Part shown: positions 18,181-28,491 of the stretch, piece by piece
How the letters are laid out: each line of letters starts with the position of its first letter
Numbering within the stretch: the first letter of the stretch is position 1
The notes under the pieces: model-generated
Seen by the model: the letters and a program-made list of their open reading frames with translations, nothing else
What the model was told of the DNA's origin: nothing
Database searches by the model: none
Translations under genes and position numbers: made by a program
Assembly (NCBI GenBank): GCA_018819225.1
Contig: JAHJQN010000004.1
Location: 273,715 to 337,714 of the forward strand
Origin: Candidatus Micrarchaeota archaeon
GTDB lineage: Archaea; Micrarchaeota; Micrarchaeia; Norongarragalinales; SBBD01
Direction of reading: 5' to 3'
DNA length: 64,000 bases

Positions 18181-20957
18181 CATCCCGTCCACCTCGGCCG
18201 TTTTCGGGGAAGGCGACGGCTCGGCTTCAACGGATTAAAGGGTTCCGGCGCCTCTTTTTTTCGCTCGGGTTCCAAATTCACGGGAGCCTCAGGCACGGAT
18301 TTACCCAATCGTTTGAGAACCAAAGAATGCAGGCGTTCAAGTATGGCGCGCCGATCCGCCAAGAGCACGACGTCGGAAATACCTTGCGTAATAAGCAATT
18401 GAGCAAACGGAGACGGAAGATCGTAAGGCTTCAGAATCGAAAGCTGCAATTCATTTTTGCGCAAGCGTTCCTGGATGACGCGCGCGTTGCGCAAATCCAT
18501 GTGGTCCTCCAAGATCTCGCGAAACGTTTCCTTCACGACCGGAAAATTCGCGAGACGGGACGAAATACCGAACAATACGTGCGCGCTCATCTGCATTTTG
18601 CCCACGGAACGCTTTCGCCCCATATAATTACGAAGAATCATGAACGAACGGACGGCCACATGCCGGAATTTTCGCCGCAATGTTTCCGTGCGTTGAATCG
18701 CCTCCATGGCCTCCTCATCCAAATGAAGCCGCGCAAACATAAACAGTTGTTTCTTGATATCCACGTGCACGGCCCGCGTACACGTGAGCACGAATCCGTT
18801 GTCATTAAAGGAGATGAGCACGTTGCGGTTGATTTCGTGCGAAATGCGCTTCGCAAGAATCTTGCTCAACACTTCGTTGACGCGCCTCCCGAACAACGCG
18901 TGAAAGATAAAATGCCTTCGCCCCTCGGACTGGAACTCCTCCACAATCAAGCGCTCGTCCGAATGAAATCCGTGAAAGCCCAAGAGCTTGAAAAACCCCA
19001 TTTGCTCCGCAAAATAATGGTAAATGGCTAGCGCCGCATTTTCATTGCACGAGCATTCCTTTCGAATATAGGCGAGCACCTCTGGTTGCCCCTTGTTTTG
19101 CATCGCCAACGCCAAGTTCCCCCGGAAACGGCCGATCGCGGACGCCAAATCAAACGAAAGCGGAAGCATTTCCGAAAACCATTGGGGAATCGTCGGTCGC
19201 ATCCCTCCCGCCTTGGAAACGTAACACTGCATGCCCCTCGCATACTCGAATTGATACGTCTTCCCGCCCAGAACAAAACGGTCTCCTTTCTTCAAACGCT
19301 CCAGAAAATCCTCTTCAATATTTCCAATATGCATGCCCGCCGGATGCAAATTCACGCGAACGGAAACCTCGTCGGGAATCGTTCCGATGTTGGTGCAATA
19401 AATGATGCGAACGAGTTTCCCGCGCTTTCCAAACGCGTTCTTCTCCTCGTCAAACCAAATTTTGCCATACACGCGATATTTTTCCAGCTGACCGAAACCC
19501 CCCGATAGAAATCTCAATACATTCAAGAAATCGTCGCGGGAAAGATTCCGATAACAATAACTTTGTTTCACGAGCTGAAACGCCTCTTCCACGTCCCACG
19601 GCTTCTCGATCGCCAACCCGACCACGTGCTGCGCCAATACATCCAACGCGTTCTGCGGAATCTGCACGCGGTCTATATGCCCTTTTTTCGCCTCGGAAAG
19701 CATCACACCCATTTCCACGACGTCATCCCGATCCAACGCGATGAGCTTGCTTTCCGAGACCTTGTAAATATCGTGACCGCTTCGACCCGTCCGTTGGAGC
19801 GCTCGCGCAACGCTCTTCGGCGAACCCACCTGCACCACCAAATCAATATACCCGATATCAATGCCCAACTCGAGCGACGTCGAACACACGACCGCTTTTA
19901 ACTCGCCGTTCTTCAAACGATTTTCCACTTTCTGCCGCTCCGAACGCGACAACGAGGAATGGTGCGCCTCCAAGCCCTCCCCGTACGTCCCCGGAAAATA
20001 GTTTTTCAAATGATGCACGATGCGCTCCGTTCCCGCCCGCGTGTTCGTGAAAATCAACGTCGTGCGATGCGATCGAATCAATTCATCCAGAATTTTATAC
20101 GAACGTTTTTGAAGCTGGTCTTGCGTCACGTACACGAGATCCGGAGACGGAGAAAGGAGTTCAATATCCATTTTTTTGGAGAATTGGGCGTTCACGATCG
20201 TGCAATCCCGACTACGACCGTCCTGGTAACCCACGAGAAATTCAGCGACGTCTTCGAGAGGGGCTATCGTCGCGCTTAAACCGATGCGTGAAAACGTTTT
20301 TTTATTCAAGCGCTGCAATCGCTCGATGCTCAACGACAAGTGAACGCCGCGCTTGGAATTGCATAGCTCATGGATCTCATCCACCACCATCCATTGAACG
20401 GCCTGAAAATTCTCGATGAATTTCGGGGACGCGAGAATGATGGCGAGCGACTCCGGGGTCGTAATCAAAATGTGAGGCGGTTTTTTAGCCATGCGCGCGC
20501 GCTCCGCCGGCGGGGTATCTCCCGAACGCATCGCCACGCGAACCCCGTGCGTTTTGCCCGTGGCTTGCTGGAAAGCCGCTTCCATTTCCTTCAACGGCGC
20601 ACTCAAGTTTTTCTCGATGTCGGCAGCCAAGGCGCGCAACGGCGAAACGTATACGCAGTACACGCGATCCTCCAACTTCTTTTTCTCCGCCAGTTGCACC
20701 AACTCGTTGAGAATGCTCAAGAAGGCCGTGAACGTTTTCCCGCTTCCCGTTGGCGCCGATATCAACGCGTTCTGGCGGTCGTGGATCAACGTTACGCCGT
20801 ACTGTTGAGGCAGCGTGATTTCCTTGAATTGGGAAAACCACTGGGCGACCGTAGGATGGAGCAGCTGCAAAAGCTCTTTTCGGGTAGACGCGTGATGGGC
20901 TTCCGTCAACAATTCGAATGACAACTCCTCCCGCGAAAAGCGGAAGCCAGATATCAT
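18180..20957 (-). CDS. lhr: Lhr-like ATP-dependent helicase (superfamily 2)
   Basis: Walker A APTGSGKTFTAF, DEIHEL box, HRTTLIFTNTR, QRTGRSGH; 925 aa with the long C-terminal Lhr-core extension. Confidence 0.85.
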   Translation of the reverse strand: MISGFRFSREELSFELLTEAHHASTRKELLQLLHPTVAQWFSQFKEITLPQQYGVTLIHDRQNALISAPTGSGKTFTAFLSILNELVQLAEKKKLEDRVYCVYVSPLRALAADIEKNLSAPLKEMEAAFQQATGKTHGVRVAMRSGDTPPAERARMAKKPPHILITTPESLAIILASPKFIENFQAVQWMVVDEIHELCNSKRGVHLSLSIERLQRLNKKTFSRIGLSATIAPLEDVAEFLVGYQDGRSRDCTIVNAQFSKKMDIELLSPSPDLVYVTQDQLQKRSYKILDELIRSHRTTLIFTNTRAGTERIVHHLKNYFPGTYGEGLEAHHSSLSRSERQKVENRLKNGELKAVVCSTSLELGIDIGYIDLVVQVGSPKSVARALQRTGRSGHDIYKVSESKLIALDRDDVVEMGVMLSEAKKGHIDRVQIPQNALDVLAQHVVGLAIEKPWDVEEAFQLVKQSYCYRNLSRDDFLNVLRFLSGGFGQLEKYRVYGKIWFDEEKNAFGKRGKLVRIIYCTNIGTIPDEVSVRVNLHPAGMHIGNIEEDFLERLKKGDRFVLGGKTYQFEYARGMQCYVSKAGGMRPTIPQWFSEMLPLSFDLASAIGRFRGNLALAMQNKGQPEVLAYIRKECSCNENAALAIYHYFAEQMGFFKLLGFHGFHSDERLIVEEFQSEGRRHFIFHALFGRRVNEVLSKILAKRISHEINRNVLISFNDNGFVLTCTRAVHVDIKKQLFMFARLHLDEEAMEAIQRTETLRRKFRHVAVRSFMILRNYMGRKRSVGKMQMSAHVLFGISSRLANFPVVKETFREILEDHMDLRNARVIQERLRKNELQLSILKPYDLPSPFAQLLITQGISDVVLLADRRAILERLHSLVLKRLGKSVPEAPVNLEPERKKEAPEPFNPLKPSRRLPRKRPRWTG

Positions 20958-21002
20958 GCTTATGAATAGATAAAAGCGTTGCGTTGAATACCCCGGTTTC
21001 TA

Positions 21003-22574
21003 TTAAGGAGTTCCGCGGAATTGCGAAGGACGGAAGGGACGGTCGGAGGAATCCGTCGGTTCCGAAGGTCCCATGGTCTTAGGAGCCGACGAGGGCGGTT
21101 TCTTGGCCGGATGCGCATCCGTGGCCTTTTGGATAAGCTTCGGCATCAGGATCTCGGAATAGAATTTCTGCATAAACAAGTTGACGTCTTCAATGCGATG
21201 AATATTCTTCTCCACCAAATAACCGAGCAGTTGAGAGCGCTGTTTCATCTCGTTATTGATTTCAGGAATGGACAGGCCCACCATCTTCGACAATTTTTCT
21301 TTGGCTTGCGAAGGCAGCGACGTCTCCTGCACGCGGAACGTATCCAAATTGAAATCAAAAATCTCGTTCACCGTGACATTGCCTTCCAAGCGCGACAATT
21401 CCGCCACCTGCGTAATTCGGCGAATGAGTCCTTCCTTCTTGCTATTAATGCGGTGCTGCACCACCACGATATCGACCAACGGAATCAAGTCCGGAGACAC
21501 TTCCATGGGATAGCCTTTCAAGCGCTTCACGGAATCCTTCGCGTCCTCGGCATGCAACGTAGTGAGCATGCCGCGATGACCCACATTCATGGCCGTAAAC
21601 AACGGCAACGCCTCTTTTCCGCGCACTTCCCCGACAATGATGCGGTCCGGACGCATGCGAAGCGAGTTTCGAACCAATGATTCCAAATCCATTTCCTCCG
21701 TCGTCCGCGTCGGAATCCAGTTCTGCATTCCATATAAATTCAATTCCCGCGTATCTTCCATGCTGACGATTCGCTCGGAAGGCGGAATGAAACTGCTTAA
21801 TGCATTCAACGTCGTTGTTTTCCCGCTCGCCGTCGCCCCGACAATCATGATGTTCAACGGATGCAAGCGTAATCCATCAATGCATACCCAAAGAAACGAG
21901 GCCAAATCAACGGAAAACGTGTGGTTCTTGATTAAGTCCACAATACTGAAAGGCTGCACGCGAAACTTTCGAATGGTTACGGAAACGTGTTTCGTGGCCG
22001 GCGGATGCAGAATATTGGCCCGGCTGCCGTCCGGCAACCGCAAATCCTCATACACTCGCCCGCCTTGCGACGTCATTTGTTGCAAGAAAAACTCGAATTG
22101 ACGTTCACTCGAAAACTCCAAGTTCGTTTTGCAAATGCCCAGCGTTCGATGAAAAACGTAAATTTCAATCGCGTTATTGATCATGATTTCTTCGAGATCC
22201 CCGTCTTCGAATAACGGTTGAACCACCAGGAAACCGAACAACCGATCCATGATCTGATACGCCAAGACTTTTTGCTGCAAGGGATCTGACACCAGTTTGG
22301 AGACCAAGAGCTCCAGGCTTTCGAGCACGTGCCGACGCTCCTCCACTTCCAAGGGCTTTCCAATCTTCGTTTCATCGATCGTCGCCAGAAATTCTCGGAA
22401 AAACGATTCCTCCGATTCGGCGCGGTATTGCTGCAAAAAAGCCTCGAGGGCCGTTTTACGCCCGACCATGGAAGCAAATGACATGATCAACTGCTCTTGC
22501 TCCGCATTCAGGTCCGGCTGTTTCACGATATATTTAGAAAACGGATAATCCACTTCCACAGTCGCATTGAACAT
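21003..22574 (-). CDS. archaeal type IV pilus / archaellum assembly ATPase (FlaI/PilB/TadA family)
   Basis: Walker A GATASGKTTTLNAL and the secretion-ATPase Asp and His boxes. The probable true start is MFNATVEVDY at 22574; the ORF track extends to 22691. Confidence 0.8.
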   Translation of the reverse strand: MFNATVEVDYPFSKYIVKQPDLNAEQEQLIMSFASMVGRKTALEAFLQQYRAESEESFFREFLATIDETKIGKPLEVEERRHVLESLELLVSKLVSDPLQQKVLAYQIMDRLFGFLVVQPLFEDGDLEEIMINNAIEIYVFHRTLGICKTNLEFSSERQFEFFLQQMTSQGGRVYEDLRLPDGSRANILHPPATKHVSVTIRKFRVQPFSIVDLIKNHTFSVDLASFLWVCIDGLRLHPLNIMIVGATASGKTTTLNALSSFIPPSERIVSMEDTRELNLYGMQNWIPTRTTEEMDLESLVRNSLRMRPDRIIVGEVRGKEALPLFTAMNVGHRGMLTTLHAEDAKDSVKRLKGYPMEVSPDLIPLVDIVVVQHRINSKKEGLIRRITQVAELSRLEGNVTVNEIFDFNLDTFRVQETSLPSQAKEKLSKMVGLSIPEINNEMKQRSQLLGYLVEKNIHRIEDVNLFMQKFYSEILMPKLIQKATDAHPAKKPPSSAPKTMGPSEPTDSSDRPFRPSQFRGTP

Positions 22575-22625
22575 GTGTAACTCATTCCGGCAGTCTATAA
22601 AAAGCTTACCTGCTTTAAACGATCG

Positions 22626-23018
22626 GTGGTTCGCATGCCCGGTATGACGGCAAAAGAAGCTTATCTGGAAGGACGCATTATTGGTTTGCATAACCTGATT
22701 AACGTGTTAAAAGAATCCGTGGATTCCGATGACAAAGTCGAAATGACGACCATCGTCAAATCCATGGTCAACCACATCGCGGACGAAATGGATGAAATCA
22801 TCAAGGAAATGCATAACGTTCATTCGGAAGCCGGAACGGAAGTCCCTCCCATGCTCCAAGACGTTCAGAAGAAAGCAGCAGTCATTCGAAGGGAGGCACC
22901 CGAAATCGAAGAAAATCCAGAAGAGGCGCCCCAGCAAGTCAAGAAGCACGTCAACCAATCGGACGACTTGATGAACAGCCTCATGGAGCTCCGAAAGAAA
23001 ACCGCGGGAAGAAGTTAA
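22626..23018 (+). CDS. acidic hypothetical protein (130 aa)
   Basis: ORF only. Confidence 0.35.
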   Translation: MVRMPGMTAKEAYLEGRIIGLHNLINVLKESVDSDDKVEMTTIVKSMVNHIADEMDEIIKEMHNVHSEAGTEVPPMLQDVQKKAAVIRREAPEIEENPEEAPQQVKKHVNQSDDLMNSLMELRKKTAGRS

Positions 23019-23059
23019 GCCCATTCGAAGGCCTTAAAAACGTCCAACCCGCTAATTTT

Positions 23060-23310
23060 GAATGCAGTCTCCAAGCTGGCCGGGGAGCTAGAGGTTCCCT
23101 ATCATCGCCAATCCTCTTTACGGCGAGCGGTGGTTGGAGCGAGGAAAAGACGTCAACGTGCAGTCCGGTCAACGCCGTCGATGTCTCGCCTCATGTTATG
23201 TTTTTGAGTACGAATGGGCCAGGCCGGAAGGAGCAACCCTAAGCACTGAAGAGCATGCTCATGAGAACCGAGGCGGAGGCAATGATTGGAGTCCCTGCAT
23301 GCGGACGTTT
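23060..23310 (+). ncRNA. candidate signal recognition particle RNA (7S/SRP RNA)
   Basis: GGGCCAGGCCGGAAGGAGCAACCC (23213-23240) matches the domain IV/helix 8 consensus (CAGGNCCGGAAGGNAGCA with a GGAA tetraloop). The 5' TGCAGTCTCCAAGC can pair with the 3' TTGGAGTCCCTGCA. TATA-like ccttaaaaa lies about 25 nt upstream and a T7 run follows directly. Confidence 0.5.
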
Positions 23311-23314
23311 TTTT
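23308..23314 (+). terminator. oligo-T terminator after the SRP RNA candidate
   Basis: TTTTTTT directly after the predicted 3' helix. Confidence 0.4.
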
Positions 23315-23356
23315 CAAAGCCCAACGTGCTCGGAGGCTGCACTCTTTACACTCGCG

Positions 23357-24145
23357 TCAACCGAACTCCACCGTTCCCGGCAGCAGACGCGAAATCTCGT
23401 CCTGCACTCCCGGAATATGTTCCGCATCCAACTTTTTGGCAATCGTTAACGATGCGGAATGCTTGCTCCGTGAACCCGGCACCAATAACACGTTTTTCGT
23501 CGAAGCGGGAACGGAATGCGATTCTGGAAACACTACAAAACGGCGGTCATCGCGAACGAGTCGTATCTTGAGCGGCACGTGCCGATGAAAATTCTTTTTA
23601 CCGTAAATCATGAATCCACCTTTCGCCACAAATTCACCGTGCGAATACTTGCTGACTTGCTGGGGATTCGCGGAAAAAACGTCTGCGATGGCGTGCTGGG
23701 CTTTCCATGCGCTCGAGAAACAAGCCGCAAACTGGGCCGCCTCATTTTTTTCTTCCTCGCTCGCGTGTTGGCCTTCTTTCAACACGACGGCCGAAGCCCC
23801 GTGAACATCCGCGTGAAAGAACAGGTCTTGAGCATCCATGTGTTTGGCGACTAATAGCTCGTTTTGCTTCGCGTCACGACCGGCCAAACACCGTTTTCCC
23901 CCGCTCGTGATAAAATGATGGAATTTCTCGAACCACATGCGTTCCCGAGAAACTTTAATGGTTACCCTCTTCTCCGATTTCGCGTATTTCAAACGGTTTT
24001 CTTGACTCCGGATTTTTTTCCGCGTGACCTCTAGAGCTTTCACCAATCCCTCGCGCTTTTTCTTCAGTTTTTTTGCCTGCTCGTAGTACTTCGCCGCGTT
24101 TTCTTCCAGCGACTTCGAGGCATCGAGAATGATTTCCAGAGACAT
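23357..24145 (-). CDS. NFACT-R (DUF814) domain protein, Rqc2/Tae2-like C-terminal module with N-terminal coiled coil
   Basis: GRDAKQNELL ... FFHADVHGASAVVL resembles the NFACT-R core (GRNAkeND..., WFHa..pGSHV). Confidence 0.5.
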   Translation of the reverse strand: MSLEIILDASKSLEENAAKYYEQAKKLKKKREGLVKALEVTRKKIRSQENRLKYAKSEKRVTIKVSRERMWFEKFHHFITSGGKRCLAGRDAKQNELLVAKHMDAQDLFFHADVHGASAVVLKEGQHASEEEKNEAAQFAACFSSAWKAQHAIADVFSANPQQVSKYSHGEFVAKGGFMIYGKKNFHRHVPLKIRLVRDDRRFVVFPESHSVPASTKNVLLVPGSRSKHSASLTIAKKLDAEHIPGVQDEISRLLPGTVEFG

Positions 24146-24191
24146 GAAGTCATAACGTAAACAACGCTTTTAAAGCATGAAATCCTAGTCA

Positions 24192-24809
24192 GTGCTCATG
24201 GACTTTGACCTCATGAAGGAACTGTTCCCGATCAAGAAGCCCGTGCACAAACTGAAGTGGGGGATTCCGGAAGCGCGGTTTACGGCTCCCATTGACGACG
24301 CTGAAAAAATCGTGTCCACGATTAGAAAACAAGCCATTTTCTCCGGCGGCGGGGAATTCCTGGAAGAAATCCATTTCAAGGATTACGGGAACAACATTTA
24401 CGCGTACTATATTCTGAGGACGGACAAGCGCTCGCAAGAGGAAACCGTGCATTTTGACGGCTATATGCTGCAGGAAAAAGATCGCATTGGAGTCGATGTC
24501 ACGGATGCCGGAAAAGTTTCGAGAGACCTCGACAATCTAGGATACGTATACGCCTTCAATCGGGAAATAGAAGTATGGAGCTTCCGAAGTCTGACGCGCG
24601 TCATCGCCGTGTTCAGCGTCACGGGACTCGGCGATTTTGTCGAAGTCGCTTTACCCGAAACCAAGATCGCGAAACAACGGGATAAAGACTCAACGTGGGG
24701 GGAAAAATTTTTTGCGCGCTTGAAAATCGATCCGAAAGACATTATTCCGACGGACTTGATTACGCTGCAGCTGGTTTCGATGCAACAGCCGCAGGAACCG
24801 AAGGCTTAG
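24192..24809 (+). CDS. CYTH (triphosphate tunnel metalloenzyme) domain protein
   Basis: Acidic/basic beta-strand pattern ending in FRSLTRVIAVFSVTGLGDFVEVALPE, which resembles the CYTH C-terminal motif. Confidence 0.45.
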   Translation: MLMDFDLMKELFPIKKPVHKLKWGIPEARFTAPIDDAEKIVSTIRKQAIFSGGGEFLEEIHFKDYGNNIYAYYILRTDKRSQEETVHFDGYMLQEKDRIGVDVTDAGKVSRDLDNLGYVYAFNREIEVWSFRSLTRVIAVFSVTGLGDFVEVALPETKIAKQRDKDSTWGEKFFARLKIDPKDIIPTDLITLQLVSMQQPQEPKA

Positions 24810-25242
24810 AAGACACGGGAGCAATAGACGTTAATTCTTTAGCCGTCTTTTCAATGAACTTGCGGCCAGCCGGAGACAACACCCGGCCCGCTTTCTCTTT
24901 TTTGATGAGGCCCGCTTTCTCCAATTGTTGAAGCGCTAAACGGATGCCTTTACCACCGGCTTTCACGTGATGACTCTTAGAAACGACGTGCACTTGTCTG
25001 CCACCGAACTTGTGGCGCAAACGTTGAACGCCCACCGCCTTCGAATTCAAGGAAATCGTTCTCAACAAAGCGGCGCAACGCATGAACCAATAGTTTTCTT
25101 GTTGAGGAACGCGTTCGGTATGTGCACTGCTTTTGACGTTCAACACCCAAACCGGCGCCTGGATTTCGGGAACGCTTTTCAGCGCCTCCGCTAACTTGGC
25201 CACCAGTTCCGTGGGCGAAACCGCGAGTGCATTCATTACCAT
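24760..25242 (-). CDS. rps19e: 30S ribosomal protein S19e
   Basis: MVMNALAVSPTELVAKLAEAL...ENYWFMRCAALLR...LRHKFGGRQ aligns with archaeal eS19. The true start is 25242; the upstream extension in the ORF track is spurious. Confidence 0.8.
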   Translation of the reverse strand: MVMNALAVSPTELVAKLAEALKSVPEIQAPVWVLNVKSSAHTERVPQQENYWFMRCAALLRTISLNSKAVGVQRLRHKFGGRQVHVVSKSHHVKAGGKGIRLALQQLEKAGLIKKEKAGRVLSPAGRKFIEKTAKELTSIAPVSSKPSVPAAVASKPAAA

Positions 25243-25249
25243 AGACGGA

Positions 25250-25576
25250 TCAACTCGATCGTTCTTTCCTGCGCAATAGGCGTTCAGCTTTCTCTCGCAT
25301 GAACGGAAAAGAAGCGGGATGGTTACAGGAAAGACAAGTATATAAAACCCTTCGTTGGCTCGAAGAAACCCGCGTTTTATACGTGGTTCCGGACACCCAA
25401 ACCACGCCGCATTTCTTGCAGAAATCCTTGCTGCCCAAAGAAAAACGGTGGCGCATGGCGATCTTGCGGGCAAGGGAAACGTAGCGCTTGGAAAGAACGG
25501 GATCCGGTTCCAACAGGTCTTTCGCTAGCGATAGCAGCTTACGACAGCGTTCTCTTGCAATGGCATTCAGATTCAT
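25250..25576 (-). CDS. rnp4: RNase P protein subunit Rpp21 (Rnp4)
   Basis: N-terminal helices (IARERCRKLLSLA...RYVSLARKIAMRHR) and a C-terminal zinc ribbon CKKCGVVWV...YTCLSCNH. Confidence 0.6.
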   Translation of the reverse strand: MNLNAIARERCRKLLSLAKDLLEPDPVLSKRYVSLARKIAMRHRFSLGSKDFCKKCGVVWVSGTTYKTRVSSSQRRVLYTCLSCNHPASFPFMREKAERLLRRKERSS

Positions 25577-25596
25577 TTTCTAAACCAGATTAAAGA

Positions 25597-26217
25597 TCAT
25601 ATGGATACGGAACGCAACAATCCGTTTCTTCCGAATAATGTGCGTAAGCGAGATAGATCCGCTCGATTCGTTTTGACCAAACGCAACAGATTTCGATTGC
25701 GGATATTCCGAGAGGATTCCAGAGAAACAGAGATACCGGCTCGTTCGAATAAGGGGGTAGCCTTCTTCAAAATCCGTTCAATTTCGGGATCGCCTTTTCG
25801 CACCAATAATCGAACATCGCCCTCGCGTGCAACGACTCGCAACATCTCCAACGTTGACTGGCCAAAAGGGATAAATCGATTGTAATAACCCACGGAATTC
25901 GTCGAATATACGTGGTGAAATTGTTGATCTCTAAATGGGAGGGACTCTGCTTTCGCGCGAACACTTCGTTTACGGGCCATGGGCGTCGGATGAGGGGAAT
26001 ACGCTCGTTTACCCAGAATCGGATCCGCTCCATAAACGCGAGGTCCCCAGTTTAACGTGGTTCCCGCATGTCCGGCGCCCACATCCAAAAAACGCTTTTC
26101 AGAAGAGAAATCATGTTTTCGAAAACCCAGCGCCCGGAAACCCATATTCCATCCAGAAGTTAACAATACCGTTCGTTCAATGACACCGCGTTCATGATTC
26201 GGCCGAATTTTTGGCAT
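25597..26217 (-). CDS. class I SAM-dependent methyltransferase
   Basis: Motif I LDVGAGHAGTT. Confidence 0.5.
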   Translation of the reverse strand: MPKIRPNHERGVIERTVLLTSGWNMGFRALGFRKHDFSSEKRFLDVGAGHAGTTLNWGPRVYGADPILGKRAYSPHPTPMARKRSVRAKAESLPFRDQQFHHVYSTNSVGYYNRFIPFGQSTLEMLRVVAREGDVRLLVRKGDPEIERILKKATPLFERAGISVSLESSRNIRNRNLLRLVKTNRADLSRLRTLFGRNGLLRSVSI

Positions 26218-26255
26218 AGCGCAGCATATGATTGCACTAAATTTAAAGAGGTGCG

Positions 26256-27821
26256 CTAATGACGGAAATGCCGTTCTCCCGTAAAAACCATGGCCATGCC
26301 GTGCTCGTCGGCAGCGGCGATCACTTCCGGATCTCGCTTGCTGCCGCCCGGTTGAACGATCGCGGTAATGCCGACTTGAGCGGCAAAATCAACGGTGTCT
26401 CGGAACGGGAAAAACGCTTCCGAAGCCATGACCGAGCCCTTGACGCTCAAGTTCGCGCGTTTCGATTTCTCGATCGCTATCTGGCACGCATCCACACGTG
26501 ATTGTTGACCCGTACCACACGCGATCAAACGGTCACCCGTTGCAAAAATCACGCAATTGCTTTTAGGCACTTTCACCAGACGCCACGCAAACTCTAACGC
26601 CTCCCATTCTCCACCCGTAGGCTGGCGTTTCGTCGGGATCATTAAATGGTCTCGTTTGAATGATTGGCCGGAATCCGGAGACTGTACTAAAACGCCGCCC
26701 ACCACGTCGCGAATACCGTCCTTCTCATACAAGTTCTCGTTCAGCAGGCGAGGGACCTCCAACACGCGAAGATTCCTTTTCTGTTTCAGGACTTGAAGCG
26801 CATCGGTCTCAAACCCGGGAGCCAGAACGATTTCCATGAACGTTTTAATGAGCTCTTCCGCGCACGGCTTGTCCAACTTTTGATTAAAGATGGCAATGCC
26901 GCCGTAAGACGATAAGGTATCGGCTTCGTGCGCTTTCCGGTACGCATCAAGCAACGTCGCGCCCTTTGCAGCGCCCGTCGGACTCGCGTGCTTGAAAACC
27001 GCTGCGAACGCCTTGGATTCGTCACGGAAGTCATGGGCCAGTTCAAGAGCCGCCTGGGCATCCAGCACATTGTTGTACGAAAGCTGTTTTCCGTGCAGCT
27101 GGTTCATGTCCTTGAAGCTCAGCACGGAATCCGTATAACGGTACAACGCCGCTTTCTGGTGCGGATTCTCGCCATAACGCAAATCCTGAATTTTCTTTAA
27201 GGAAAGGAATAGGCGCTCGGGATAACCTTCTGCTGAATCCAATTCAGAGAAATAATTCTGAATAGCCGCATCGTATTCGGTCATAAGTGAAAAAGCGTCG
27301 GCCGCCAGTTGTCTTCGAAACGCCTCATCATCCTGACCTTGTTCCAATGCGTCCAATACGGAAACGTATTGATCGGGCGAGGTAACGACCAGAACGTCCT
27401 TGAAGTTTTTAGCTGCCGAACGAACGAGTGTCGGACCCCCAATATCGATGAGCTCCAGCGCTTCATCCAGCGACTTCTTTTTTTCCATGGCCTCAAAAAA
27501 CGGGTAAAAGTTGACGCAAATCAAATCAATCGCGCTCTTGCCTGCTTGCTTGACGTGATCGGGATCCGAACGCTTGAAAAGAATTCCTGAAAGGACAGCG
27601 GGATGCATGGACTTGACACGTCCGTTCAGCATTTCCGGAGATCCCGTAAAGTCGCTGACCTCCCGAACGGGAATACGGTTATCCCGAAGTAAGCGAGCCG
27701 TTTGTCCGGTGGAAAGCAATTCGTAGCCCAGTTTATGAAGACCGGTAGCGAAATCCGCGATTCCCCGCTTGTCAAAAACGCTTACCAGCGCTCTAGGAGC
27801 CATGTTTTTTGGAAAACCCAC
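26256..27821 (-). CDS. purH: bifunctional AICAR formyltransferase / IMP cyclohydrolase
   Basis: Full-length PurH: MGS-like N-terminus ([35 protein letters not shown]) plus the AICARFT domain. Confidence 0.9.
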   Translation of the reverse strand: MGFPKNMAPRALVSVFDKRGIADFATGLHKLGYELLSTGQTARLLRDNRIPVREVSDFTGSPEMLNGRVKSMHPAVLSGILFKRSDPDHVKQAGKSAIDLICVNFYPFFEAMEKKKSLDEALELIDIGGPTLVRSAAKNFKDVLVVTSPDQYVSVLDALEQGQDDEAFRRQLAADAFSLMTEYDAAIQNYFSELDSAEGYPERLFLSLKKIQDLRYGENPHQKAALYRYTDSVLSFKDMNQLHGKQLSYNNVLDAQAALELAHDFRDESKAFAAVFKHASPTGAAKGATLLDAYRKAHEADTLSSYGGIAIFNQKLDKPCAEELIKTFMEIVLAPGFETDALQVLKQKRNLRVLEVPRLLNENLYEKDGIRDVVGGVLVQSPDSGQSFKRDHLMIPTKRQPTGGEWEALEFAWRLVKVPKSNCVIFATGDRLIACGTGQQSRVDACQIAIEKSKRANLSVKGSVMASEAFFPFRDTVDFAAQVGITAIVQPGGSKRDPEVIAAADEHGMAMVFTGERHFRH

Positions 27822-27975
27822 AGCGAATGCAATAGAAACATTTATATATTACTAATGCGAATGTGTCATGACAGTGTCGTGACAATAACATGATGCTTTC
27901 GCGACAATCTCGCGAGACCATCGGTTTGCGTCATGACAAAAGGGTTGAGCGAATCAAAGTATTTAAACGTGATGT

Positions 27976-28404
27976 TTGGTGGACGAAAAAAGCGAATTCG
28001 AGGTCACGCAGGAAGAATTCCGGCGCTTCCGGGAACACATGAGGGACCCGCTAGTGCTCGGAGCCTTGATGCACAAGCTCTCGGAAGAACGCGCGTCATC
28101 AAATCTCGTACTCAAAGAAATTAACGCTAAACTCGACCGACTTCTTTCGCTTGAGGAGCGTCTTATCCAAATGGAGACGCGCATGAGTCGTGCGCCGACG
28201 GAAGAGGCGCCGTTGGCGGAAATCGATGAAGACATCGTGAAATTCGTTGCGAGAAAGAAGCGCGTGTGCGCCGATCAAGTGCAGAAACAGTTTGGCTACC
28301 GGGGATCGAATGCGGCGTCCAGTCGATTGAATCGCATGGTCCGCGAAGGCCGTTTAAAAAAAATGCAGGTGGGACGAAAAGTCTTCTTCATGACCTTACA
28401 CTAA
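27976..28404 (+). CDS. putative winged-helix DNA-binding protein
   Basis: Possible C-terminal wHTH (VKFVARKKRVCADQVQKQFGY...RLNRMVREGRLKK). Confidence 0.35.
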   Translation: MVDEKSEFEVTQEEFRRFREHMRDPLVLGALMHKLSEERASSNLVLKEINAKLDRLLSLEERLIQMETRMSRAPTEEAPLAEIDEDIVKFVARKKRVCADQVQKQFGYRGSNAASSRLNRMVREGRLKKMQVGRKVFFMTLH

Positions 28405-28491
28405 TAGATAGCCATTGGCTTTGATCTTCTTGATGTGATAAGCCGACGGTTCAACCCACACGTGGGGGGCTTCGGCCCCCCACACCCCTCT

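Noticed and set aside
24760-25473. 237 aa version of the S19e ORF, and the 208 aa version of aIF-2 beta (53493-54119)
   Set aside because: The N-terminal extensions are Cys/Arg-rich without homology. The conserved proteins start at internal Met codons (25242 and 53897 respectively).
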